Assembly: GCA_963790825.1 (NCBI GenBank)
Contig: CAWBPM010000004.1
Location: 30,987-94,986 of the forward strand
Reading direction: 5' to 3'
Source of the DNA: Candidatus Levyibacteriota bacterium
Lineage (GTDB): Bacteria > Patescibacteriota > Microgenomatia > Levybacterales > UBA12049
DNA: 64,000 bases
The position numbers and the translations under genes were made by a program. Every line of letters starts with the position of its first letter. Positions within the stretch are counted from its first letter, which is position 1. The notes beneath the pieces are model-generated. The model had not been told where the DNA came from. It was given only the letters and a program-made list of their open reading frames with translations, and searched no databases. Positions 11,591-22,006 of the stretch are shown here, in pieces.

Positions 11591-12958
11591 TTAAATTTCC
11601 AGGCGTAATTGAGGTGATTCTTTTTGGCTTCCGTCCCAAATTTTCACTTTTCCATACACACCGTCATACCCCGGATCAATCTGAATAGTGCCTTTTCGCA
11701 CCCTCCCTACTCCCTCAGCGATTCTCTCACCAGCTATTTTTTCAATTTCCTCCAGAGTACATTTCAAAAGTATAGAGAGTTCTGATCCTAACTCTTTGCA
11801 AATATTTATATACGCATTCTTTACTTTCTGAGCTGCAACCGTTGCGCCCATTGACTCGGCAATTATCTCCAGAAGTGGAACTAACTTAACATATGACGGA
11901 TGGCAATGCGACTTATCGGTAAACCACTTCAAGCCGTACTGATTGATTTTCTCTTCCATTATGCCAGAAGGAAGCGAGGCGAGCCCGCTTCGACTCAGCG
12001 AGGCGAGCTCCTGGACTCGAAACATGACTCCTTCTGTGAGACGGCGGCGACAAGCAGGACAAATATTCCCGCTTGTATTAATTTGAGATGGATCCAAAAC
12101 TACCTGACAATTGCGGTGCCCCGAATAATGATATTTTCCCTCCTCAGGATAAAATTCTATGGTATAACCAACTTTGAATTTTCCTTGTGGATTTCGTTTG
12201 ACAGCTTGTAAAATATCATTATATGAATAATTGGCTATTTGTAATTTATCATTTGTCATTCCGTTTTTATTGAAAATAAATACGGTTGCTTCTCTTCCCA
12301 TCTTCGCCGGACTATGCGCATCGGAAAAAGAGAGAATTGACCTGGTTTTTAATTCTTCAATTCGCCAGTTCATTTCCGGATCACTAGATAACCCTGTTTC
12401 AATACCATAAATATAATTACTTAAGTCTCCGAAGCTTTCTGAGATAGAGTTATATCCGCTTGCCGAGCCATATAGTCCGAAATGCGGCGTCCAGATGTGA
12501 CAGGGAATTAAAAATGCCCGTTCATCAATTCCCAAAACAAGTTCCAAAAGAGTTCTTGAGGAAAGTCCGATAATCGGCCTTCCGTCCGATGCTAAGTTAC
12601 AACCACGCTTCAGAAGTTCCTTGCTAATTTTTTCGGCCACCGCAAAAGACGGCACAAATATCAGATTATGAATCCGCCGGAGCTTATCTTTTTCCTTATA
12701 AATACTGGAAATCTCAGTTGATAGTAAAAAATGAACCTGTTTCTCCTCTTCCTCTGTTTTTAGTCCATAAATTCCCTCTTCGCGTTCCTCAAGCATTTTT
12801 CCTATCTCCTTAAACCACAGGGGGTGGGTAAAATCAGCTGCTGTAAGTAGATTTAGTCCTTTCGTAAGGGCATACTTTGCCATAACAGGAAGTGTCATGT
12901 CTTTAGAAACTGCCCGGGAATATTTCGAATGTAAATGTAAATCCGCAATAATTTCCAT
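11591..12958 (-). CDS. PHP-domain endonuclease Q family protein
   Basis: ADLHLHSKYSRA, HIWTPHF, ETGLSSD, SDAHS, GKYHYSGHRNC..CPAC, PGYDGVYG. Confidence 0.9.
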   Translation of the reverse strand: MEIIADLHLHSKYSRAVSKDMTLPVMAKYALTKGLNLLTAADFTHPLWFKEIGKMLEEREEGIYGLKTEEEEKQVHFLLSTEISSIYKEKDKLRRIHNLIFVPSFAVAEKISKELLKRGCNLASDGRPIIGLSSRTLLELVLGIDERAFLIPCHIWTPHFGLYGSASGYNSISESFGDLSNYIYGIETGLSSDPEMNWRIEELKTRSILSFSDAHSPAKMGREATVFIFNKNGMTNDKLQIANYSYNDILQAVKRNPQGKFKVGYTIEFYPEEGKYHYSGHRNCQVVLDPSQINTSGNICPACRRRLTEGVMFRVQELASLSRSGLASLPSGIMEEKINQYGLKWFTDKSHCHPSYVKLVPLLEIIAESMGATVAAQKVKNAYINICKELGSELSILLKCTLEEIEKIAGERIAEGVGRVRKGTIQIDPGYDGVYGKVKIWDGSQKESPQLRLEI

Positions 12959-12997
12959 ACAATTATTTTAGCAAAAAAATCTATCAGATGCAGAAGT

Positions 12998-14079
12998 TGT
13001 ATGCGTCACGCACTTATTGGAATCTTGGCTTGTATAAAGGACATAGGCGACATATATTTAAGCGAAGCATGTGGCCTCTTATAGTTATACCAGTATAAAT
13101 ACTTTGTGAGCTTTTTTGCAAATGCTTCTGAGTCATAGTAAATCTCGTCATTTCTTAAAATGAATTCCTCCTGGATTGTCCGATTGAATCTCTCAATGTA
13201 ACTATTAATCTTTGGCATTCTGGGATAGATAAATTGATGTTTAATTTTCTGTTCAACTATATACTCATGGAATGATTTGAGAAACTCTGATCCATTATCT
13301 GTTTGGATTGTATGAATCGGTGTTGGATTATTGCACTGGAACTGCTTAAAAACCTCTCTTGCTGTTACTGAGGAGAGATCCGGTACATATACAACTAAGG
13401 CAAATTTTGTGTAAATATCAATCACACACATAAACAAATGTTTCTCAAAATTGATATAGACAACTACTGAATCCATCTCAATAAATCCAGGAGAAACTAC
13501 CTTAGGAGACTTTCTCACTCTTAGCTTTTTGAACTTGTTTTTTTGTTTCTGTGGGTAGACTTTCTTCTCAAATGTTAAGTGACGTCTTTTAAGTACTTTC
13601 CCAATAGTACTTTCTGCCAAGGTCTTAATACCCAGCTCTTTGGCATACGCATCAACAAAGGGCTTGAGCATACTTTTACCAATATTCCCATGCTCATGCC
13701 TCATCTCTCTAATGAACTCAATTATTCTCCAGTCTGTCTCCATCTTTCGCACATGGAGAGGTCTAGTTCCGTGTGGCACTAAACTGATTGTCCTTTTTCC
13801 GTTGTGTTCATAAGCATTTCTCCAGTTGTATAAGCTGCTCTTCTTTATTTTGAATGCAGCAAGGGTTGGACGCAGTCCATACTTGTAGTAGTGATTAATC
13901 ACGTGAAGGCGAAAAGCAGCTACATCGGATACTTCAACTGCTAATGAATTCTGGAGCATTTTCATCAGTATATGATAGCTCTTTTGTGAGTATTTTGGTC
14001 GTAAATGTCTTACTCGTTTAAAATCACTTGGCATAGAATCTTCTTCCTTAAGATTCCAATATGTATCGTGACTTATTCA
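12998..14079 (-). mobile_element. IS481-like insertion sequence
   Basis: Imperfect terminal IRs tgtatgcgtcacgcacttattggaatctt versus the reverse complement tgaataagtcacgatacatattggaatctt, bracketing a DDE transposase. No clear TSD. Confidence 0.85.
13006..14034 (-). CDS. DDE integrase-core transposase (IS481-like)
   Basis: IEMDS, IQTDNGSEF, IERFNRTIQEE and YNYKRPHASL motifs. Confidence 0.95.
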   Translation of the reverse strand: MPSDFKRVRHLRPKYSQKSYHILMKMLQNSLAVEVSDVAAFRLHVINHYYKYGLRPTLAAFKIKKSSLYNWRNAYEHNGKRTISLVPHGTRPLHVRKMETDWRIIEFIREMRHEHGNIGKSMLKPFVDAYAKELGIKTLAESTIGKVLKRRHLTFEKKVYPQKQKNKFKKLRVRKSPKVVSPGFIEMDSVVVYINFEKHLFMCVIDIYTKFALVVYVPDLSSVTAREVFKQFQCNNPTPIHTIQTDNGSEFLKSFHEYIVEQKIKHQFIYPRMPKINSYIERFNRTIQEEFILRNDEIYYDSEAFAKKLTKYLYWYNYKRPHASLKYMSPMSFIQAKIPISA

Positions 14080-14123
14080 GAAAAAACCTTTACATTTTCT
14101 TACCGTTTTATTACACTATATAT

Positions 14124-14669
14124 ATGGCACCTGCAGAAATCTTATCCCATTCATTAGAAAAGCCAGTAAAGCTGTCAGTTAGTGAAACTAAACTGCGAAA
14201 AGCTTCCCGGCTATGGGAACGCGTGAAAAAACTGGGAGAAAAACCAGAGAAGCCCTTTGATAAATATGTGAGAGAACGAACTTATGAAGTAGCATTGTTA
14301 GGAAAAGATAACCTCGGCCCATGGGAGATTTCTCTGCCGAAAGAATTCGCTCAAGCTGCCATATTCGAGAGAAGGCTTAATGAACCACAAAATAATCCTG
14401 TGTGGATGGCAGCACGCCGGGCATATTTAAATGAAGATCGAGGCCGCCTTCCCTTGAAAGGAGAGGGCGCAGTGACAAGAACTACCGTACGGGCAGCTTG
14501 CGTCACCGGAATAGCAGAAATTGACCCAGAGAAAAAAGAACTGGTCTTTCCCTTTCTAGAGTCTTCTGCTACCCCCCTACAAATTAAGACTGATAATCCA
14601 TCTAAGGACATAGGCTTGGGGAATGCAATTTATATTGCTCCTCCTGTGAATAGGCAGAAGGCAGCCTAA
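14124..14669 (+). CDS. Hypothetical protein (start MAPAE)
   Basis: ORF preceded by TTTACA-N17-TACACT-6nt-ATG. Confidence 0.6.
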   Translation: MAPAEILSHSLEKPVKLSVSETKLRKASRLWERVKKLGEKPEKPFDKYVRERTYEVALLGKDNLGPWEISLPKEFAQAAIFERRLNEPQNNPVWMAARRAYLNEDRGRLPLKGEGAVTRTTVRAACVTGIAEIDPEKKELVFPFLESSATPLQIKTDNPSKDIGLGNAIYIAPPVNRQKAA

Positions 14670-14753
14670 GTTCCCAAGTTATAGCAAATAATAAGGTTAA
14701 AACTCAACTATTGACAATAGGAAGATCTATCCTATAATATATACTTGTGTATT

Positions 14754-15179
14754 ATGATTGAACAACAAGAAGCTTCCCTCTCTTCTATCGAGAGTCAATT
14801 TGCTGTAAAAACAAAGTTTCCTCAGCAAATGACCGTCGTAAAAAATTCTTATGAGATGGAAACCTATAACTATGTAGCGATGGCTATGGAAACAGCTGGA
14901 ATGGGACATATCAGCTTTAAGGAGTGCGGAGAACCTAGACTGTATGGCGAATTTGTCGACCTACCTCTCTCTTTAGATCAAGCCAAATATACCATTGTTC
15001 ACACTGGAGATCTCAGCCTTGCTCCCTTTCAAGAAGTTGTCGCCGCAGCGGAGATGTATATGGGACAATTAGACCAACTAGATGAGCTCGGCCTTGAATG
15101 GAATATCAAATCAGAAATTCTTTCTTATCTTATTGATAATAAAGTACAAGAAGTTAAACAAGCAAGATACCAGCACTAA
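14754..15179 (+). CDS. Hypothetical protein (start MIEQQ)
   Basis: ORF with TTGACA...TATAAT upstream, converging on lig. Confidence 0.6.
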   Translation: MIEQQEASLSSIESQFAVKTKFPQQMTVVKNSYEMETYNYVAMAMETAGMGHISFKECGEPRLYGEFVDLPLSLDQAKYTIVHTGDLSLAPFQEVVAAAEMYMGQLDQLDELGLEWNIKSEILSYLIDNKVQEVKQARYQH

Positions 15180-15180
15180 T

Positions 15181-16932
15181 TCATTTTTTTTCCTGCTCTT
15201 TATACATTTCCACTAATTCTTTAATATTCGTTGCGTCTTCTGCTTTTTTATCCTTATCACGAAATGACACCAAACGCGGGAAACGGAGGGCATATCCCGG
15301 CTCTATCTCACCAGACTTTGTCACTTCCCTACCTGCGCTGTGAAGCGGTGAGCGCGTAATCTCATCTGCCAATACCTCGATCACTATCTCGGGTTTTACC
15401 CAAACAGAAGGTGTAATGAGTGAATTCACACGCGCCGGCTTCTTATCTGTTTCAATGCTTCTTGTTTTCGTTTTAATACTTTGCCACTCCTCATCAGTCA
15501 ATCCGGTTCCGATTTTACTCACCGTCACAAACTCATCGTTTTTCTGGTCATACACACCGACGAGAAGTGCTCCAGCCCCAAAAGCAGTCCGTTTCCCTTT
15601 TCCATAAATATAACCTAAGATAACACAGTCAATCGTGTCTGTCAGATCTCCTGCTGAATGGCGTTTTAATTTAACCCAATTAAAATTTCTGCCTCCCGCC
15701 TGATAAGGAGAATCAATTTTCTTAACTACTACTCCTTCTAGTCCCTTTGAAATCGAGTCATCTAGCATCAACTGGAGTTCATGAGGATTAGTTAGGATTT
15801 TTCCCACAACCGGAATCAGTGTATCGTCCGCCTCGACTGTCTTCTGAAGAATTTCCATCCGCTCCACAAGTGGCAAATCAATGAGTGATTTTCCATCCTT
15901 ATAGAGAATGTCAAATACAAATGCCCGAAGCGGTAAGCTCTCGCTCATCTCTTCAATATTATGTTTCCGTCTGCGCTTCGTCGTCTCCTGAAACGGCAGA
16001 AATTCTTCCGATTCTCTCTGATAGGCCATAGCTTCAGAATCCAAAATTACGTTTTTTGCTCTCACCTGTTTTAAGGTGCCGGCAATAAGCTCTGGAAACA
16101 TGTGGGTCATATCCTCAAGGTTCCTGGAAAACATGGATACCTTGTTTCCATTTTTATGAATTTGCACCCGAAATCCGTCATATTTAGGAGTGGCATGGAC
16201 TTTCCCCATTTTCTCAATTACTTTTTCCGGATTCGGTAAGCGTTCACAAAGCTCCGACCGAATTGGCCTGCCGACGGTTACACTAAGTTTTTGTACTGCC
16301 GAAAGACCGCTTTCAAGCAAAGTTTTGCCAATAAGCCCAAGATCCGATGTTTCATTGTATGTCTTTTCAAGCAGCTTTCTTTTTCCCCGGTCGTGCAAGA
16401 TTGCTAAAGCTAAACCATCAAGGACTGTCGGATCACCGACTCCCAAACGCGTATTCCCCAGGGGAATCCTGACCAAATGTTTTGAGGAAACCGCATCCAT
16501 ATGCTCGAGAAGCGTCGACAATCTCGTAATTTTTTTCTCCACACTGCCGACACCTGATGTACGTGCGATTTCTTCAAGCTCCCCACATACCGCCAAGACC
16601 GATAATTCTTCTCTTTTTCCTTTTTTACGTTTCCTGCTACTAAGCTCGTAGGCTACCAAACCTAAATCGCCTTTTCTCTCATAATCTTTAAGTACTTCAG
16701 CTTTTGATAATCCAAAAGCTTCACCGATACTTTGTGCAACCATCTTATCTGCCATGCCGATCTGAAGAGCTGAGAAAAACGGCGAGATCCTCCCCTGCGT
16801 TAGATAAATAATTTTATCCACTTCCCTAGCTTTTGTGCTGCGAAAGAGCTCTGCCAGAATATCAATCAATATGAGCCTGGAGGAAGTATTCTCTAATTTC
16901 TCGAAATAGCCTGCTAAAGCACTAAAAAACAT
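15181..16932 (-). CDS. lig: ATP-dependent DNA ligase (archaeal/eukaryote-like, with N-terminal DBD)
   Basis: KYDGFRVQIH, EGVVVK, WVKLK, ALRFPR. Start MFFSA chosen from TACAAT-6nt-ATG. Confidence 0.95.
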   Translation of the reverse strand: MFFSALAGYFEKLENTSSRLILIDILAELFRSTKAREVDKIIYLTQGRISPFFSALQIGMADKMVAQSIGEAFGLSKAEVLKDYERKGDLGLVAYELSSRKRKKGKREELSVLAVCGELEEIARTSGVGSVEKKITRLSTLLEHMDAVSSKHLVRIPLGNTRLGVGDPTVLDGLALAILHDRGKRKLLEKTYNETSDLGLIGKTLLESGLSAVQKLSVTVGRPIRSELCERLPNPEKVIEKMGKVHATPKYDGFRVQIHKNGNKVSMFSRNLEDMTHMFPELIAGTLKQVRAKNVILDSEAMAYQRESEEFLPFQETTKRRRKHNIEEMSESLPLRAFVFDILYKDGKSLIDLPLVERMEILQKTVEADDTLIPVVGKILTNPHELQLMLDDSISKGLEGVVVKKIDSPYQAGGRNFNWVKLKRHSAGDLTDTIDCVILGYIYGKGKRTAFGAGALLVGVYDQKNDEFVTVSKIGTGLTDEEWQSIKTKTRSIETDKKPARVNSLITPSVWVKPEIVIEVLADEITRSPLHSAGREVTKSGEIEPGYALRFPRLVSFRDKDKKAEDATNIKELVEMYKEQEKK

Positions 16933-16974
16933 GACTCCATTGTAACACATAAGAGAAAAAGATATAATACTCTC

Positions 16975-17604
16975 ATGGTAGAAAATAAGACCTATAAGGA
17001 AGAACATTCTAGCCAGGAAGCAGTTGTTCTTTCTCCATATGTTACAGAATTATTAGGAGAAGGGTTGGAACATTTGACCCGCAATCCAATGGCAGTAATT
17101 AAAACCGGCATCTCAGCGCTTAAGCGAAATCCTGCTTGTGCTCCGGAGAGTAATTTAGCATGTCTAACAGAATGTATTGAAACATCAATACATGATATTG
17201 AACAAGATTCTCACGCTCTGAAAGGAGGAGCAAGTGTCGTACCCTTCTCTGGCGGCTTCGATCTTCAGTTTCACAATTCTCAACATAATGTAGTTGTCCG
17301 TCCGGGGCTAGCTGATATCGATTCCCCAACTATGGGCAAACTTGGCCGTGCTTTAATTCATCGCTATGGGAATGCTTTTACCTCATTAGTTTCCGGATCG
17401 TCACTGCTGAGAGAGACAGAACTACACGAAGAAGCAGCAAGTTTATATCGAACAATTCGGCCTATCTTTTATGCCGATCATCTGACGATCCAAAAAACAG
17501 AAATTGGAGAGATAATCTTTACCATGACCGACAAACTGGGGGAACAAACAAGCCTGACTACGCAACCACAACAATCTCCAAATCAACAAACTAATGCTGC
17601 CTAG
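16975..17604 (+). CDS. Hypothetical protein
   Basis: 209-aa ORF with TATAAT-6nt-ATG. Confidence 0.6.
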   Translation: MVENKTYKEEHSSQEAVVLSPYVTELLGEGLEHLTRNPMAVIKTGISALKRNPACAPESNLACLTECIETSIHDIEQDSHALKGGASVVPFSGGFDLQFHNSQHNVVVRPGLADIDSPTMGKLGRALIHRYGNAFTSLVSGSSLLRETELHEEAASLYRTIRPIFYADHLTIQKTEIGEIIFTMTDKLGEQTSLTTQPQQSPNQQTNAA

Positions 17605-18653
17605 CTGCTCATAATATATTTCGCTGCTTTTGTGCTCCCGTGCTTTTTAATTAAGCCTGTTTTAATTAAAGCTTTTAGCTCATTTAATACCGTATCTTCC
17701 GAAACAAACGGGAATAATTGTTTAAATCCATTGTTTTGCAGGAACCCAGTTTTTTGAATATATTCTATAATTTTTAATTGCCGCTCTGAAAGCATCAGTG
17801 GTGCCCCCAACCGTTCTTTTAACTTCCCGTCAATTGAGATTTTCTCAACTTTTTCTTTAATCTTCGCCAGCTCGATTGCCAATCCTTCAGTGAAATACTC
17901 CAGCCATTCGGTTAGATCTCCTTCCCGCATGCCGACACTTTGCAAAGCTGCGTAGTAGACTGGTGCATTTGTATCAAAGTATTCCTCGAGTGAAAAGAAT
18001 TTACGGATATCATAACCTTCCTGAAAAAGTATAAGGGTGGACAGTGCCCTGGCAACCCGACCGTTTCCATCAATAAACGGATGGATCCGGACAAGCTCGT
18101 AATGAACAATCCCAGCTTTCAAAACAGAGTGCATCGTGTCCATCGTTACACCGTTAATAAACTGAACAAGGTCATTCATTTGGTAAGTAACAGCAATAGC
18201 CATGGGAGGCGTAAAACTTACCTGTCCTGTTTGGCTGTTTTTAATCACCACCTGAGTTTTTCGATATATTCCGCTGCGTTCGGGACTTAGGATCTTTTCC
18301 AGAGTCAAAGCGTGTAGTTTTTTAATCAATGCCTCGTCTATTTTTCTCTTCCCCCCCCTACTTTCTTCCGTGCCGATAAATTCCATCACTTTTCGATAAT
18401 TAATAACTTCCTGCACATCTCGCGGTCTGGCAACCACGTCTTGACCTAAAAGCACTTTCTCAGCTTGAGTCAAATTCAACTCGTTCCCCTCAAGATGCGT
18501 GCCATGATAAACTTGTCTGACCATTGCCTCATTTTGGAATTTTTTTTCGTAGTAAGGCAGAAGCGGTGCATTATCAATTACTTCCTTACACGCTTCAATA
18601 ATACCAATGTACTTAAGAATCTTATTTGTGATGGTATATTTAGGTGTATACAT
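17601..18653 (-). CDS. Fic family protein with N-terminal inhibitory helix and C-terminal wHTH
   Basis: HPFIDGNGRVAR, the THLEGN inhibitory-type motif and a C-terminal SERQ...HTH. Confidence 0.93.
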   Translation of the reverse strand: MYTPKYTITNKILKYIGIIEACKEVIDNAPLLPYYEKKFQNEAMVRQVYHGTHLEGNELNLTQAEKVLLGQDVVARPRDVQEVINYRKVMEFIGTEESRGGKRKIDEALIKKLHALTLEKILSPERSGIYRKTQVVIKNSQTGQVSFTPPMAIAVTYQMNDLVQFINGVTMDTMHSVLKAGIVHYELVRIHPFIDGNGRVARALSTLILFQEGYDIRKFFSLEEYFDTNAPVYYAALQSVGMREGDLTEWLEYFTEGLAIELAKIKEKVEKISIDGKLKERLGAPLMLSERQLKIIEYIQKTGFLQNNGFKQLFPFVSEDTVLNELKALIKTGLIKKHGSTKAAKYIMSS

Positions 18654-18736
18654 GGGTCGCGATAATTCTTGCATATTTACCGAAAGATTGCAATGAGAGA
18701 ATAGCTTTCTTTAATATTTTTTGCTATAGTAAAAAT

Positions 18737-19060
18737 ATGGCTGAGAAAACAACGGGAAGTATCAGAGAAAATGCCAGAGAGCTGCAAATTGAACTGCTTC
18801 GCCAGATGGTAACCCTGGCAACCAGTGGATTTGGATTAGTGGCAGCACTTGCCTGGAACAGTGTGATTCAGGAGCTGGTCAGCACCTATATTAAAAAATG
18901 GCTGCCCGCCGGCTGGGGTATCATTTCACTTCTTCTGTATGCTCTAATTGTCACTGCTCTAGCAGTCTTTGTTACGTATAATTTGACCAAGACGCTTAAA
19001 CGGCTTGTTCAGTCCCAAGAAGTGAACGAGAAAGCACCTAAAATCGAAAAGAAGAGCTAA
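18737..19060 (+). CDS. DUF5654-like small membrane protein
   Basis: TSGFGLVAALAWN signature with two TM segments. Confidence 0.8.
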   Translation: MAEKTTGSIRENARELQIELLRQMVTLATSGFGLVAALAWNSVIQELVSTYIKKWLPAGWGIISLLLYALIVTALAVFVTYNLTKTLKRLVQSQEVNEKAPKIEKKS

Positions 19061-19139
19061 TAATCGATTCCTTACTATCTCCCGGCAAATCAACCCCTGA
19101 CACCAACAATAAATCTGGTATTATCTCTCAATTAAACCT

Positions 19140-19799
19140 ATGGTAACTGAATTTGAGACAGTTGGAGTTTCAGGCTTACATAGAGGAACTGTTGTCCATA
19201 CTTTTACTCAGGAAGGAGAACCGACCGGGCAAAGTTTCCTTTTGCTTAAAGATTCCAATCCCCTGAGAAGAATACGCCCAGATAAACCTTTACAAACTAC
19301 TGCTGTACCGATTGCTTTCACAGATAGAGGAGCAAAGATTGATTACCAAACTTCCTACACTACTATTCCTGAAGGAACGAGGATTATGACAGCTGGTCGA
19401 ATGGGCGAAGAAGGTATGAGATCAGTTCGAATGGGATTACGCGATTATTTCTTAGAAAAACAAGGGAAGTTACAGACTAATCCATATCATCTCAGACGAT
19501 TCGCCAGAGAGGCGCAAGAAAAAGAAGCGGCAAGAATGCGGGAATTACCTCCTGGGGATCGGGAAAGATTCTGGGAACCTTATGAGCGGTTAGCTGAAGT
19601 TATTGTTTTTAGAGGTCTTAAACCTGAAAGATTAGACGGAATGGGAGGACCGCTTCGAGAAGGAGCAACATTCTATGATGTAAATAACGCAGTAAAGAAT
19701 GGACAAATAATGAGTATGGAAAGATCAGCTGAGGCAAAATTTGATGCTATTAGCCGCGAGCTACAAAGAGTCGTTAGTTTCCCAGCAAAAGATAAATAG
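19140..19799 (+). CDS. Hypothetical protein
   Basis: 219-aa ORF with no known motif. Confidence 0.6.
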   Translation: MVTEFETVGVSGLHRGTVVHTFTQEGEPTGQSFLLLKDSNPLRRIRPDKPLQTTAVPIAFTDRGAKIDYQTSYTTIPEGTRIMTAGRMGEEGMRSVRMGLRDYFLEKQGKLQTNPYHLRRFAREAQEKEAARMRELPPGDRERFWEPYERLAEVIVFRGLKPERLDGMGGPLREGATFYDVNNAVKNGQIMSMERSAEAKFDAISRELQRVVSFPAKDK

Positions 19800-19808
19800 A
19801 AATAATCA

Positions 19809-20726
19809 TTAGCTATTTAACAGCTCCTTCATTACCACCGGAATCTCATTTACTAAATCCGTACTGTTGAAATAATAGCTTACTTTTTCAAATAATCTCT
19901 CTCCTGCCTTTTTGTTTATATATGATCCACAAATAGCACTTAAATATAAATCATTTTTTGTCGCCAATGAAGCAACAAGTCCTGCCAAAACGTCGCCAGT
20001 TCCGCCTTTAGTCATGCCCGGATTGCCACCGCTAATTTTACAACACTCATTTGCAGAACAAACAACATCTTCCTCACCTTTCAATAAAACAACACAATTA
20101 TATTCTTTCGCAAACCTCTTCACCTGATCTGCTAATTTTAAATTTTGAATTGTAATTTTGAATTCTGAATTCTGAATTCTGAATTTAAGTGATTCGAACT
20201 CTCCGGGATGTGGTGTTATTACTACGTTGTCTTTAAGTGGTAGCAGCCATTCAGGCTCCAGCATCTGCAAGGCTCCTGCATCAATTACCCACTTTTTCTC
20301 AGGATATTTGTTAAGTAAATATTTCGTCAGCCAATACGTCTGCTCTCCTTCATTCTCTAATTTCAGAATCTCAGGTAATTCCTTATTTGATTTTGAACTC
20401 TGAATTTTAAACTCTAAACTCCTAAGCATTCCCGGACCGATGAGAATAGCATCCGCTTCGTCTATATAATCCTCAATCTTTTCCTGCGGAATCACTATGC
20501 CATTACGAAATAATTCTTTACTTTTCCGAACGATCTCATTATTCTCGGGAATCGAGGCGTAAAACACCATATCGACAATTCTGGAAGCAACTTCCAATGC
20601 CCAAAGCGTTGAAGCATGGAAAAGATGTGATCCGCCGACTATGAGAAGTTTTCCATTTTGCCCCTTGTGAGAAGAAGGCAAAGGAATATAGAGTTTTTTT
20701 AGTAGTTCAGGATTAAACTCTTGCAT
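19809..20726 (-). CDS. nnrD: ADP/ATP-dependent NAD(P)H-hydrate dehydratase
   Basis: SHKGQNG, IGPG, VIDAGAL, ITPHPGEF, GGTGDVLAG. Confidence 0.93.
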   Translation of the reverse strand: MQEFNPELLKKLYIPLPSSHKGQNGKLLIVGGSHLFHASTLWALEVASRIVDMVFYASIPENNEIVRKSKELFRNGIVIPQEKIEDYIDEADAILIGPGMLRSLEFKIQSSKSNKELPEILKLENEGEQTYWLTKYLLNKYPEKKWVIDAGALQMLEPEWLLPLKDNVVITPHPGEFESLKFRIQNSEFKITIQNLKLADQVKRFAKEYNCVVLLKGEEDVVCSANECCKISGGNPGMTKGGTGDVLAGLVASLATKNDLYLSAICGSYINKKAGERLFEKVSYYFNSTDLVNEIPVVMKELLNS

Positions 20727-20838
20727 AAAAATTTCTAATTATTCTAATTAACCTAATTTCTAATCAAGCCCTAATGATAAAATTTTTAATAGAATTGTGG
20801 CATAAGGCATTCTTTAGGTCAATTAGAAATTAGTATAA

Positions 20839-21963
20839 TTAGATCAATTTTCTTTCTCCATTCAATTCTATCATATCCATTTTCTTTAAATCTTTACTTA
20901 TGAATTCTTTGTGTGTGGTTGTAATAATTGTTTGCTGCTTACCGATTATCTCCAAAATTAAATTAATGTGGTCTGCGTCAAGCTCTGAAAAGATATCATC
21001 GAGAAGTAAGACCGGCCTTTGGGGTAAAACTTGCTCCATATAAGACATTTGCAGGAGTTTTAGTTGTAATATTGCCAGGCGTTGCTGTCCTCGGGAGCCA
21101 AACTGTTTTATGTTGCGTTCTTTCTTGTCACCTAGCATAAATACCAAGAAATCGTCCCTGTGCGGACCAACTAAAGTAACTCCCGATGCTACCTCGGCTT
21201 CTCGGTACTGAAAAAGCCGTTCTTCCGAGATAATGCTGTGATCATAGACTACCTTGCACTCCATAATATTTTTCGACTGTTCATTCATGTAGTTAATAAA
21301 CATCTCCCGCTTTTTCGTAATTAACGTTCCATTTTCAATTAAAAGCTGATTCCAATACGTAAACTGTCTCTCAGGTCGTACTCCGGTTTCCCGAGCAGTT
21401 TCCAAGAGTGCATTCCGCTGCCTGATTGCTTTTGCATAAATGCTTCGGCTGCGGCGGTAATCACTGTGCGTCTGCTCCAAAACGCTGTCTAAAAACTCTC
21501 GCCGAAGAGATGGTCCGGCAATAATAATCTCAAGGTCCTGTGGCGAAAAAAGCAAAGCGTGCAGATGCGAGGCAAAATCAATTCTGCGCCTAGGAATGCC
21601 GTTTACCAAATATTTTTTGCGCATTGATATTTGCGCTTCGTTGGGTACCGTCTGGTACCTGGCCTCATTTGCTAGAGATTCAGGGGTAACTGTTCTTGTC
21701 AATACTACCTCAAGTACAGTTTCCCCTACTTCGGCATCGATTGTTATGCCTTTTGCGCGAGTCAGATTTTTGCCAAATTGCATCATTTGCATATCCTGAT
21801 CGGAGCGAAAACTTTTCCCGCTCGAGAGCAGAAAAATTGCCTCAATAAGATTTGATTTTCCGGCTGTATTCGGCCCCACAATTAAGGTCGTATCTTTTTG
21901 AAACGTAAAATTTGTCTTCGTGTAGCTTCTGAAGTTTTGTAAAAAAAGCTGTATTAAAGCCAT
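20839..21963 (-). CDS. recF: DNA replication/repair protein RecF
   Basis: NFRSY, GPNTAGKSN, GPHRDD, SRGQQR, LLDDIFSELD. Confidence 0.95.
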   Translation of the reverse strand: MALIQLFLQNFRSYTKTNFTFQKDTTLIVGPNTAGKSNLIEAIFLLSSGKSFRSDQDMQMMQFGKNLTRAKGITIDAEVGETVLEVVLTRTVTPESLANEARYQTVPNEAQISMRKKYLVNGIPRRRIDFASHLHALLFSPQDLEIIIAGPSLRREFLDSVLEQTHSDYRRSRSIYAKAIRQRNALLETARETGVRPERQFTYWNQLLIENGTLITKKREMFINYMNEQSKNIMECKVVYDHSIISEERLFQYREAEVASGVTLVGPHRDDFLVFMLGDKKERNIKQFGSRGQQRLAILQLKLLQMSYMEQVLPQRPVLLLDDIFSELDADHINLILEIIGKQQTIITTTHKEFISKDLKKMDMIELNGERKLI

Positions 21964-22006
21964 AAATTTGTTCTTTGCTTAAAATAATATTGCGGAATCA
22001 ATTGTA

